NCBI GenBank assembly: GCA_002269645.1
Contig: NIVC01000506.1
Location: 499,950-563,949, forward strand
Source: Macrostomum lignano
Lineage: Eukaryota
Direction: 5' to 3'
Length of the DNA stretch: 64,000 nucleotides
Shown here: positions 31,427 through 43,400 of the stretch, piece by piece
Position numbering within the stretch: the stretch's first letter is position 1
How the letters are laid out: every line of letters begins with the position of its first letter
Translations under genes and position numbers: made by a program
The notes under the pieces: model-generated
What the model was told of the DNA's origin: nothing
Databases searched by the model: none
Seen by the model: the letters and a program-made list of their open reading frames with translations, nothing else

Positions 31427-34237
31427 CTACTGCATCGAGCAGATCCGTTTTCGCTTGGACTTTTTAGCGTAGTGTCTCTGCAGACTGTGGGAGCCCAGGG
31501 CCGCCCGGATGGCCTCCGTGAACACCTGCGGGTTTCAGGCGGGGTGGAGCGCAGGTTCGGAGGCTCATCAGCGACATGAATTGTGTGAGCACCCATCAGG
31601 CTGCTGACAGAGTGAGCACCCATCAGGGTTACTGAAAGAGTGAGCACCCATCAGGGTTACTGACAGAGTGAGCACCCATCAGGGTTACTGACAGAGTGAG
31701 CACCCATCAGGGTTACTGACAGAGTGAGCACCCATCAGGGTTACTGACAGTGAGCACCCATCAGGGTTACTGACAGAGTGAGCACCCATCAGGGTTACTG
31801 ACAGAGTGAGCACCCATCAGGGTTACTGACAGAGTGAGCACCCATCAGGGTTACTGACAGAGTGAGCACCCATCAGGCTGCTGACAGAGTGAGCACCCAT
31901 CAGGCTGCTGACAGAGTGAGCACCCATCAGGCTGCTGACAGAGTGAGCACCCATCAGGCTGCTGACAGAGTGAGCACCCATCAGGGTTACTGACAGAGTG
32001 AGCACCCATCAGGGTTACTGACAGAGTGAGCACCCATCAGGCTGCTGACAGAGTGAGCACCCATCAGGCTGCTGACAGAGTGAGCACCCATCAGGGTTAC
32101 TGACAGAGTGAGCACCCATCAGGGTTACTGACAGAGTGAGCACCCATCAGGGTTACTGACAGAGTGAGCACCCATCAGGGTTACTGACAGAGTGAGCACC
32201 CATCAGGGTTACTGACAGAGTGAGCACCCATCAGGCTGCTGACAGAGTGAGCACCCATCAGGCTGCTGACAGAGTGAGCACCCATCAGGGTTACTGACAG
32301 AGTGAGCACCCATCAGGGTTACTGACAGAGTGAGCACCCATCAGGGTTACTGACAGAGTGAGCACCCATCAGGGTTACTGACAGAGTGAGCACCCATCAG
32401 GCTGCTGACAGAGTGAGCACCCATCAGGGTTACTGACAGAGTGAGCACCCATCAGGGTTACTGACAGAGTGAGCACCCATCAGGGTTACTGACAGTGAGC
32501 ACCCATCAGGGTTACTGACAGAGTGAGCACCCATCAGGGTTACTGACAGAGTGAGCACCCATCAGGGTTACTGACAGAGTGAGCACCCATCAGGGTTACT
32601 GACAGAGTGAGCACCCATCAGGCTGCTGACAGAGTGAGCACCCATCAGGCTGCTGACAGAGTGAGCACCCATCAGGCTGCTGACAGAGTGAGCACCCATC
32701 AGGCTGCTGACAGAGTGAGCACCCATCAGGGTTACTGACAGAGTGAGCACCCATCAGGCTGCTGACAGAGTGAGCACCCATCAGGCTGCTGACAGAGTGA
32801 GCACCCATCAGGGTTACTGACAGAGTGAGCACCCATCAGGGTTACTGACAGAGTGAGCACCCATCAGGGTTACTGACAGAGTGAGCACCCATCAGGGTTA
32901 CTGACAGAGTGAGCACCCATCAGGGTTACTGACAGAGTGAGCACCCATCAGGGTTACTGACAGAGTGAGCACCCATCAGGCTGCTGACAGAGTGAGCACC
33001 CATCAGGCTGCTGACAGAGTGAGCACCCATCAGGCTGCTGACAGAGTGAGCACCCATCAGGCTGCTGACAGAGTGAGCACCCATCAGGCTGCTGACAGAG
33101 TGAGCACCCATCAGGGTTACTGACAGAGTGAGCACCCATCAGGGTTACTGACAGAGTGAGCACCCATCAGGCTGCTGACAGAGTGAGCACCCATCAGGCT
33201 GCTGACAGAGTGAGCACCCATCAGGGTTACTGACAGAGTGAGCACCCATCAGGCTGCTGACAGAGTGAGCACCCATCAGGCTGCTGACAGAGTGAGCACC
33301 CATCAGGGTTACTGACAGAGTGAGCACCCATCAGGGTTACTGACAGAGTGAGCACCCATCAGGGTTACTGACAGAGTGAGCACCCATCAGGGTTACTGAC
33401 AGAGTGAGCACCCATCAGGCTGCTGACAGAGTGAGCACCCATCAGGCTGCTGACAGAGTGAGCACCCATCAGGGTTACTGACAGAGTGAGCACCCATCAG
33501 GGTTACTGACAGAGTGAGCACCCATCAGGCTGCTGACAGAGTGAGCACCCATCAGGCTGCTGACAGAGTGAGCACCCATCAGGGTTACTGACAGAGTGAG
33601 CACCCATCAGGCTGCTGACAGAGTGAGCACCCATCAGGCTGCTGACAGAGTGAGCACCCATCAGGGTTACTGACAGAGTGAGCACCCATCAGGCTCTAAG
33701 CACCGCAGAGTCCCGCACCTCCTCCACCATGAACTTGTTGAGCGCGGAGCACTCGATGTAGAAATCCGCCCCAATGCGGTGCGCGAGCGCCTCCGCCTCC
33801 TGCTTGGTGACCAGGTCGCAGCCGTGAGTCCTGGCGTGCTCCAGGAACAACCGGTCGAACCGCAGGTCGCCCTTGGTGCCGACCAGCACCCGGCGAGCTT
33901 CGGGTATGTGCGCGGACACTTCCGGCGCCCACTTGGCGAGAACGTTGGCAAAGGTAGGCCGGTGCCCGACGCTGAAGCTGATGAGGAACACGTCGGTCTC
34001 CGGGTAGCTCAGCGGCCGCAGGCGATCGTAGTCCTCCTGGCCGGCGCTGTCCCAGAGGCTCAGCTGCACCGGCCGACCGTCCACGATCACCGTGCAGTCG
34101 AAGTTGTCGAACACGGTGGGCACGTAGCTGGCCGGGAAGACGCCGGTGGTGTAGGTGGACAGCAGGCAGGTCTTGCCGGCGCCGCCGTCCCCGACGATGA
34201 CGCACTTCACCTTGGAGCGCGGGTAGCCGCTCAGCAT
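31427..34237 (-). CDS. Rho-family small GTPase (Rac/Cdc42-like), 2 exons: 34237-33719 and 31525-31427 (205 aa)
   Basis: [43 protein letters not shown]. Donor GAG|gtgcgg and acceptor cccgcag|GTG join to [32 protein letters not shown] (polybasic region plus CaaX). Confidence 0.93.
31585..33695. repeat. 27/28-bp minisatellite filling the Rho intron (gagtgagcacccatcagggttactgaca / ...caggctgctgaca)
   Basis: About 75 copies of two interspersed variants. Confidence 0.97.
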
Positions 34238-34251
34238 TGCGGTGGGCTGGG

Positions 34252-34860
<609 letters not shown>

Positions 34861-35384
34861 CTGTCGGTGTCTTGCACAATCATAGGGCTAAACTGCAGCA
34901 GAAGTTTGAACAGGAGTTACTCACCAAGTGATGGATTAGAAAAACAGTTCTGACGAGTGCTTAGCTAATTTGAAAGCTTTCGCCACTGGATCCGAAGCGG
35001 CTATGGGCGGCAGCTCATCCCTGTGGGCTGATGGCCAGTAAATTTTTATACTTTGGCCGCCTAAGCAGAGGCCAAAGCGTCAGCAGCAAAGCAACTTAAT
35101 CCAACCCCCGCTTTCAGCTCCGAATTCGAGTGTGATTCGTACCCGGCCCAGCAGGCGCATAAATAATCATGCGTGAAGGCCGCCTTTACAAAGCACCAAA
35201 CTGCAAACTGGCTTCATCCGGTCCGGCTGCTGCCTGTGTGCAGCGCCTGCGGCTGCCATCTCTGCTTTTAGCCTGCAATTGCCAGCTGTTGGGCGCCCAG
35301 CTTTAATAAATGGTTTGCTTGCAGCTGAACACTCCCTTTGCACAGACACCTGTCTTTGAGTACTCAGCTGAGTCCACACTGTCT

Positions 35385-35556
35385 TTGAGTCCTCAGCTGA
35401 GTCCACACTGTCTTTGAGTCCTCAGCTGAGTCCACACTGTCTTTGAGTCCTCAGCTGAGTCCACACTGTCTTTGAGTCCTCAGCTGAGTCCACACTGTAT
35501 TCGAGTCCTCAGCTGAGTCCACACTGTCTTTGAGTCCTCAGCTGAGTCCACACTGT
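35385..35556. repeat. 29-bp minisatellite (ctgagtccacactgtctttgagtcctcag)
   Basis: About 6 copies. Confidence 0.92.
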
Positions 35557-35711
35557 CTGTGTTTGAGCTATCAGGTGGAGAGACCCAGAGACCCAGGCCC
35601 GATATACTATACCTTGTCTTTGAGTTTTCATGTAAAACTTTTTGATGGGTCCACAGTACTGCAAAGTGTCTTTTTGTCGAGTCATTTGTATCAATAAGCC
35701 CTAAAGTTCTC

Positions 35712-36940
35712 TCAGAACGGATTCCGGCCCCATCGCGGCACAGTGACGCAGATCCTGGCTCTTCGGCGAGTCATCGAGGAGGCGCGCATCCGCCAGTTGA
35801 CCCTGATCCTGATCTTCGTCGATTTCAGGAAGGCCTTCGACTCGGTCGTGAGGGACGCGCTCCCAGAGGTGCTCCGTGCGTACAACGTGCCAGAGCTGCT
35901 GATTTCTGCCGTCATGGCGCTGTACCACGGCACGACGGCTGCTGTCTCAACACCGGACGGCCTATCGGATTTCTTCGAGACATCCTCCGGGGTGCTCCAG
36001 GGAGATACGCTACCGCCGTTCCTATTTATTCTGGTGCTTGACTGGGTGCTACGGACTGCTCTGCCTTCCAACGACGACGGCTTCCTGCTGCGGCGACGCG
36101 TGGGTCGACGCCAACCGGAGAGACGGCTCAGCGTGCTTGGCTACGCCGATGACCTCGCCCTGCTGTCCTCGACCGTCGAGGGCGCCGAAAGACAGCTGGA
36201 TAGGCTGGTTGCCGTTGCGGCGAGCGTCGGCCTGGTGGTCAACACGCAGAAGACCGTCGTGCTCTGCGTGCCGGACGACACCGAGGCTGCAATCTTCTGC
36301 CGAGGCGCTGACGGACAGGCGAGTGAGCTTCCAAGATGTCAGCAGTTCGTCTACCTCGGCGGTCTGGTTCCCGACGTCCGCGAGGATCTGCGGCGTCGCC
36401 GAGGACTTGCCTGGGCTGCCTTTCGTTCTATAAGGTCAGTCCTGCAGTCCGAGGCCCTACCGGACCGCCAGAGGGCGGCGCTGTTCCAGGCGGTGATCGA
36501 AACCGTCCTGTTATACAACGCCGAGACCTGGACGCTGATAGACTCGCTCGAGGCTCAAGTCGACGCGGCGCACGCTGGCCTGCTGCGCGCCGCCTTCAAG
36601 ATCGGCAACGAGCGAGTCACCAACACGGCGCTCTATCATCGCGCCGGCCTGGCCCGTCCTAGCGATCTGCTGCGCCGTCGGCGACTCCAGCTGGCAGGCC
36701 ACGTCATCCGCGCCGAGGCCTACTGTCCGGAGCCGGTGCAGGAGGTGCTGCTACTTACGTTGCAGGCACCCTACCGGCGGGGACAGGCGAGGACTCGGCG
36801 CTACGTCGACTGTCTGCTGGCTGACGCCGGCGCCCCGGACTCTGCCGGCGGTGCGGCCTTTGTTCGCGCCCAAGCTTCGAAGCGCGCCATCTGACGCTGC
36901 TTTTGCGAACTGACAGCGTACTCTGTTGTTGTTGTTGTTC
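35712..36940 (+). mobile_element. 5-prime-truncated RTE-like non-LTR retrotransposon with an open RT C-terminal frame (35743-36894) and (GTT)n tail
   Basis: QNGFRPHRGT, FVDFRKAFDSV, GVLQGDTL.PFLF, LGYADDLALL, F.YLG, LLYNAETWTL; tail gttgttgttgttgtt at ~36925-36939. Confidence 0.93.
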
Positions 36941-37569
36941 TCTTTAGATTGGCCCTTAGATCACCATAAGCCTAAATAAGTCATCAATTTAAACAAAGTC
37001 ATGTGTAAAATTGAATTGCTAAAGTTAAACGAGAGAGTTTTTAAATGAGACGCAGTGCACAGTTTATTGTAATTTCTTGTAAATGAAACGAAAATGTCTC
37101 AGCTACTTGAACGATGCATCAATGCAAAGCATGAAGCGATTGAGCAGGCCCGGCCTGCTGTTCTCTAAACTGTTCTCAAGAAAAATGCTGTTAGATTTAC
37201 TAAAAGCAATATATAAGACTGGACGAGTCAAGATCAAGGATGCGGTATCTGGCGGATGAGGGTGTTAAAAGCTATAGCGTGAGGTCTCTACTAGTTAGTA
37301 GTCTCTACAGTGTTTAGTTAACAGTTAACAGCATAAAAGCACTATTATTTAGCAAATCTTGAACCACCACAGTTTCGCACGAGAACATACACTTGAATTA
37401 TAACAAACGTGCTGAATACTGCGGATTTTATTCCTGCAAAACACGACTCGAAAGACGACAGACAGGTGCCTGGACTTTTCAAAACAAAAACTTCGAGTGT
37501 GAAGAAATCTGAATAAAAATTGGAGCCATCAGAAGACATTGGTGCTTAGAAGTCAAAAGAATTGCCGAG

Positions 37570-39740
37570 ATTCCATTGGCTGTGTACAAACTGCAATAAA
37601 ACAAGCCAAAATTCCATTGGCTGTGTACAAACTGCAATAAAACAAGCCGAGATTCTATTGGCTGTGTACAAACTGCAATAAAACAAGCCGAGATTCTATT
37701 GGCTGTGTACAAACTGCAATAAAACAAGCCGAGATTGATTATGTGTACAAACTGCAATAAAACAAGCCGAGATTCCATTGGCTGTGTACAAACTGCAATA
37801 AAACAAGCCGAGATTCCATTGGCTGTGTACAAACTGCAATAAAACAAGCCGAGATTCCATTGGCTGTGTACAAACTGCAATAAAACAAGCCGAGATTGAT
37901 TATGTGTACAAACTGCAATAAAACAAGCCGAGATTCCATTGGCTGTGTACAAACTGCAATAAAACAAGCCGAGATTCCATTGGCTGTGTACAAACTGCAA
38001 TAAAACAAGCCGAGATTCTATTGGCTGTGTACAAACTGCAATAAAACAAGCCGAGATTCCATTGGCTGTGTACAAACTGCAATAAAACAAGCCGAGATTC
38101 CATTGGCTGAGTACAAACTGCAATAAAACAAGCCGAGATTCTATTGGCTGTGTACAAACTGCAATAAAACAAGCCGAGATTCCATTGGCTGTGTACAAAC
38201 TGCAATAAAACAAGCCGAGATTCCATTGGCTGAGTACAAACTGCAATAAAACAAGCCGAGATTCTATTGGCTGTGTACAAACTGCAATAAAACAAGCCGA
38301 GATTCTATTGGCTGAGTACAAACTGCAATAAAACAAGCCGAGATTCTATTGGCTGTGTACAAACTGCAATAAAACAAGCCGAGATTCTATTGGCTGTGTA
38401 CAAACTGCAATAAAACAAGCCGAGATTGATTATGTGTACAAACTGCAATAAAACAAGCCGAGATTCCATTGGCTGTGTACAAACTGCAATAAAACAAGCC
38501 GAGATTCTATTGGCTGTGTACAAACTGCAATAAAACAAGCCGAGATTCTATTGGCTGAGTACAAACTGCAATAAAACAAGCCGAGATTCCATTGGCTGTG
38601 TACAAACTGCAATAAAACAAGCCGAGATTCTATTGGCTGTGTACAAACTGCAATAAAACAAGCCGAGATTCCATTGGCTGTGTACAAACTGCAATAAAAC
38701 AAGCCAAAATTCCATTGGCTGTGTACAAACTGCAATAAAACAAGCCGATATTCCATTGGCTGTGTACAAACTGCAATAAAACAAGCCGAGATTCTATTGG
38801 CTGTGTACAAACTGCAATAAAACAAGCCGAGATTCTATTGGCTGTGTACAAACTGCAATAAAACAAGCCGAGATTGATTATGTGTACAAACTGCAATAAA
38901 ACAAGCCGAGATTCCATTGGCTGTGTACAAACTGCAATAAAACAAGCCGAGATTCTATTGGCTGTGTACAAACTGCAATAAAACAAGCCGAGATTCTATT
39001 GGCTGAGTACAAACTGCAATAAAACAAGCCGAGATTCCATTGGCTGTGTACAAACTGCAATAAAACAAGCCGAGATTCTATTGGCTGTGTACAAACTGCA
39101 ATAAAACAAGCCGAGATTCCATTGGCTGTGTACAAACTGCAATAAAACAAGCCAAAATTCCATTGGCTGTGTACAAACTGCAATAAAACAAGCCGATATT
39201 CCATTGGCTGTGTACAAACTGCAATAAAACAAGCCGGGATTCTATTGGCTGTGTACAAACTGCAATAAAACAAGCCGAGATTCTATTGGCTGTGTACAAA
39301 CTGCAATAAAACAAGCCAAAATTCCATTGGCTGTGTACAAACTGCAAAAAAACAAGCCGAGATTCCATTGGCTGTGTACAAACTGCAAAAAAACAAGCCG
39401 AGATTCCATTGGCTGTGTACAAACTGCAATAAAACAAGCCGAGATTCTATTGGCTGTGTACAAACTGCAATAAAACAAGCCGAGATTCCATTGGCTGTGT
39501 ACAAACTGCAATAAAACAAGCCGAGATTCTATTGGCTGTGTACAAACTGCAATAAAACAAGCCGAGATTCTATTGGCTGTGTACAAACTGCAATAAAACA
39601 AGCCAAAATTCCATTGGCTGTGTACAAACTGCAATAAAACAAGCCAAAATTCCATTGGCTGTGTACAAACTGCAATAAAACAAGCCAAAATTCCATTGGC
39701 TGAGTACAAACTGCAATAATAAAACAAGCCGAGATTCCAG
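37570..39740. repeat. 41-bp satellite (gattccattggctgtgtacaaactgcaataaaacaagccga)n
   Basis: About 52 copies with recurring 38-bp variants. Confidence 0.97.
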
Positions 39741-40009
39741 TGGATGCGTACGCAAATCATAGCTACAAGATCAGATAAAAAACAAGACAAAAAATTCTTT
39801 ACTGCAGATACAATTGGGACAGTGAAAAATAGGTAGTAGGGCGGTTGAATCGCAGAAAAAAAGCAGATTTTCTCTAGAAACAAAGCAAAAGACTCTAAAA
39901 AGAAAAGTAAAAAAATTTAAACTATCTTAATCACTTTAGGGCTTCACGGAGACTCTATTACTTTGAAGGATTAAGACTCACCTGAAGCCTCATTGTTCTG
40001 CATGGAAGG

Positions 40010-40315
40010 ATCAACAATCCCCCTGAAGGATCAATAATCCCTCTAAATGATCAACAATCCCCCTGAAGGATCAACAATCCCCCTGAAGGATCAACAATCC
40101 CCCTGAAGGATCAACAATCCCCTGAAGGATCAATAATCCCTCTAAATGATCAACAATCCCCCTGAACGATCAACAATCCCCCTGAAGGATCAACAATCCC
40201 CCTGAAGGATCAACAATCCTCCTGAAGGATCAACAATCCCCCTGAAGAATCAACAATCCCACTAAAGGATCAACAATCCCCCTGAAGGATCAATAATCCC
40301 TCTAAATGATCCATA
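40010..40315. repeat. 20-bp minisatellite (tcaacaatccccctgaagga)n
   Basis: About 15 copies. Confidence 0.93.
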
Positions 40316-40432
40316 GATCCCCATGAATAAGAGCCATCTGGCTACCAGAGAGGATCGGACATTCTGAGATAAGCAAAAAGGACAATAGTGTGAAGCAAGT
40401 TCGCGGATTCGAATCATCCCAGCGCCCCGAAC

Positions 40433-43400
40433 TCAGCGCTCGCTGAACTTGCTGTTAAGCCTGGTGGACTGCCGGCAGCCCAGCAGGGCGCACAGGATGA
40501 CCAGCAGGCCGGCCAGCTGGAAGCTCAGGTTGAAGTCCAGCGGGTAGTCCAGGCCGGAGTCGATGCTGGCGGCGAACAGGCTGCCCGACAGCAGCGGGCC
40601 CAGCAGGCGGCCCAGGGAGCTCCAGGCCATCGACATGCCGTTCATGGAGCCGACAAGCTCGACCGGGACCGAGTTGTTCACCATCAGGGCGGTGCAGGAG
40701 AAGGAGGTCAGGATGGCCTGGTTCAGCAGGCACAGCAGCGCGATGCACAGAGTCCACACCAGGGCCGGCCTGGCGGCGGGGAGTTCGGGTGTACATTGAT
40801 GACCTGGGGAGTAGACTGGTGACCTGGGGAGTAGACTGGTGACCTGGGGAGTAGACTGGACCTGGGGAGTAGACTGGTGACCTGGGGAGTAGACTGGACC
40901 TGGGGAGTAGACTGGTGACCTGGAGAGTAGACTGGTGACCTGGGGAGTTGACTGGTGACCTGGGGAGTAGACTGGTGACCTGGGGAGTAGACTGGTGACC
41001 TGGGGAGTAGACTGGTGACCTGGGGAGTAGACTGGTGACCTGGGGAGTTGACTGGTGACCTGGGGAGTAGACTGGTGACCTGGGGAGTAGACTGCTGACC
41101 TGGGGAGTAGACTGGTGACCTGGGGAGTAGACTGGTGACCTGGGGAGTAGACTATTGAACTGAGGGAGTAGACTGGTGAGCTGTGGAGTAGACTGATGAC
41201 CTGGGGAGTAGACTATTGAACTGAGGGAGTAGACTGGTGGCCTGGAGTAGACTTCTGGCCTGGGGAGTAGACAACTGGCCTATTTCCAAATTGAAATAAG
41301 GCATGCTAAACTCACGTGTGCAGAGCATAGTGCGCCAATGGCAGGGTGGCGGAGCAGACCAGAGTCAGCATCAGAGTGTGCATGAACAGCTGTGAATAGG
41401 TTGGCATGGAATTATTTAATTTTCATGCATAACGCCGAAAATGCTACTATGCAGTCTTATCAGTAGTGCACCCTGCGCATGGATTCTTCACTCACCCTAG
41501 TAGCCCCGAGTCGCCGCTCCAGCAGGGGGAACACAATTGGCTGGAACACGAACAGTGAGACGGCCGAAATGCTGAGCAGGGTGGCCAGGCTTTGAGCACT
41601 GAATCCGAGGCCGCCGTAATATGAGCTGGTGGGAATCCACACGATCACCAGGGTGTTCAGGTAAACTGAGCACATTGACTGCAGGAAGTATTGCGCTGCG
41701 GGGGCGAGAGAGGCAGGTGTGTCAGTGGCCGTGATCAGCTGGTTCGGGGGGGGGGGCTGACAGGCTGCTTCAGTGACAGAGGACTGACAAGGTTATTTCA
41801 GAATCGGAGGGAGCTGACAAGGTTATTTCAGAATCGGAGGAGCTGACAAGGTTATTTCAGAATCGGAGGAGCTGACAAGGTTATTTCAGAATCGGAGGAG
41901 CTGACAAGGTTATTTCAGAATCGGAGGAGCTGACAAGGTTATTTCAGAATCGGAAGGGAGCTGACAAGGTTATTTCAGAATCGGAGGGAGCTGACAAGGT
42001 TATTTCAGAATCGGAAGGAAGCTGACAAGGTTATTTCAGAATCGGAGGGAGCTGACAAGGTTATTTCAGAATCGGAGGGAGCTGACAAGGTTATTTCAGA
42101 ATCGGAGGGAGCTGACAAGGTTACTTCAGAATCGGAAGGGAGCTGACAAGGTTATTTCAGAATCGGAGGGAGCTGACAAGGTTATTTCAGAATCGGAGGG
42201 AGCTGACAAGGTTATTTCAGAATCGGAAGGAAGCTGACAAGGTTATTTCAGAATCGGAGGAGCTGACAAGGTTATTTCAGAATCGGAAGGAAGCTGACAA
42301 GGTTATTTCAGAATCGGAGGAGCTGACAAGGTTATTTCAGAATCGGAGGGAGCTGACAAAGTTACTTCAGAATCGGAAGGGAGCTGAAAAGGTTACTTCA
42401 GAATCGGAGGGGAGCTGACAAGGTTATTTCGGAATCGGAGGAAGCTGACAAGCTTATTTCATAATCGGAGGGAGCTGACAAGCAGGTAAAACCTGAGCAG
42501 TACTCAGCAGTGGTGGCAGATGCTCACTCATGACTTTGATGCACTCGCAGTTGAGCAAAATCCGCCCCAGGTTGCTGGCCCGCATTCGCTCCAGAAACGG
42601 CTGTCCGACCCTGCCAGCGGCTTTTTCGTCAGCCGGTTTTGCGGCCTCCTCGGCGGCCGCGGCGTCGGGAGCTTCGGCGGCTGTCAGGACGAGGCAGTTC
42701 TCGGCCGATACGGCCGCGAGTAGCGCGACAGAGCGGCTGACGGAACCGCCGTGGGCCGCGGCTCGGGCAGGCCTGGGCTGCACGCTGGGCAGAGAGCGGA
42801 ACGCCTGCGGAGCAAGTTTGGTGGAGATCGGCACTCATGGCCGATTTCTGGCGCTCCATGGGGATTTGGGACCGATTTCTGGCGCTCCATGGGGATTTGG
42901 GACCGATTTCTGGCGCTCCGTGGGGATTTGGGACCGATTTCTGGCGCTCCATGTGGATTTGGGGCCGATTTCTGGCGCTCCATGGGATTTGGGGCCGATT
43001 TCTGGCGCTCCATGGGATTTGGGGCCGATTTCTGGCGCTCCATGTGGATTTGGGGCCGATTTCTGGCGCTCCTTGGGGATTTGGGGCCGATTTCTGGCGC
43101 TCCATGGGATTTGGGGCCGATTTCTGGCGCTCCATGTGGATTTGGGGCCGATTTCTGGCGCTCCTTGGGGATTTGGGGCCGATTTCTGGCGCTCCATGGG
43201 ATTTGGGGCCGATTTCTGGCGCTCCGTTGGGATTTGGGGCCGATTTCTGGCGCTCCGTGGGGTTTTGGGGCCGATTTCTGGCGCTCCGTGGGGATTTGGG
43301 GCCGATTTCTGGCGCTTCATGGTGATTCGGGGGGCGATTCAGCAGCGGGAGTTCGGGTCAAAGCCTGGGCCGATCCCGAGAATTCAGCGAAGGCCGGCTC

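Noticed and set aside
33689-34237. Single-exon 182-aa Rho GTPase lacking CaaX
   Set aside because: A donor at 33718 and a matching exon at 31525-31427 complete the fold and supply a CaaX box.
37479-39883. Cys-rich membrane-like repetitive ORFs
   Set aside because: Translation of the 41-bp satellite with frame switching.
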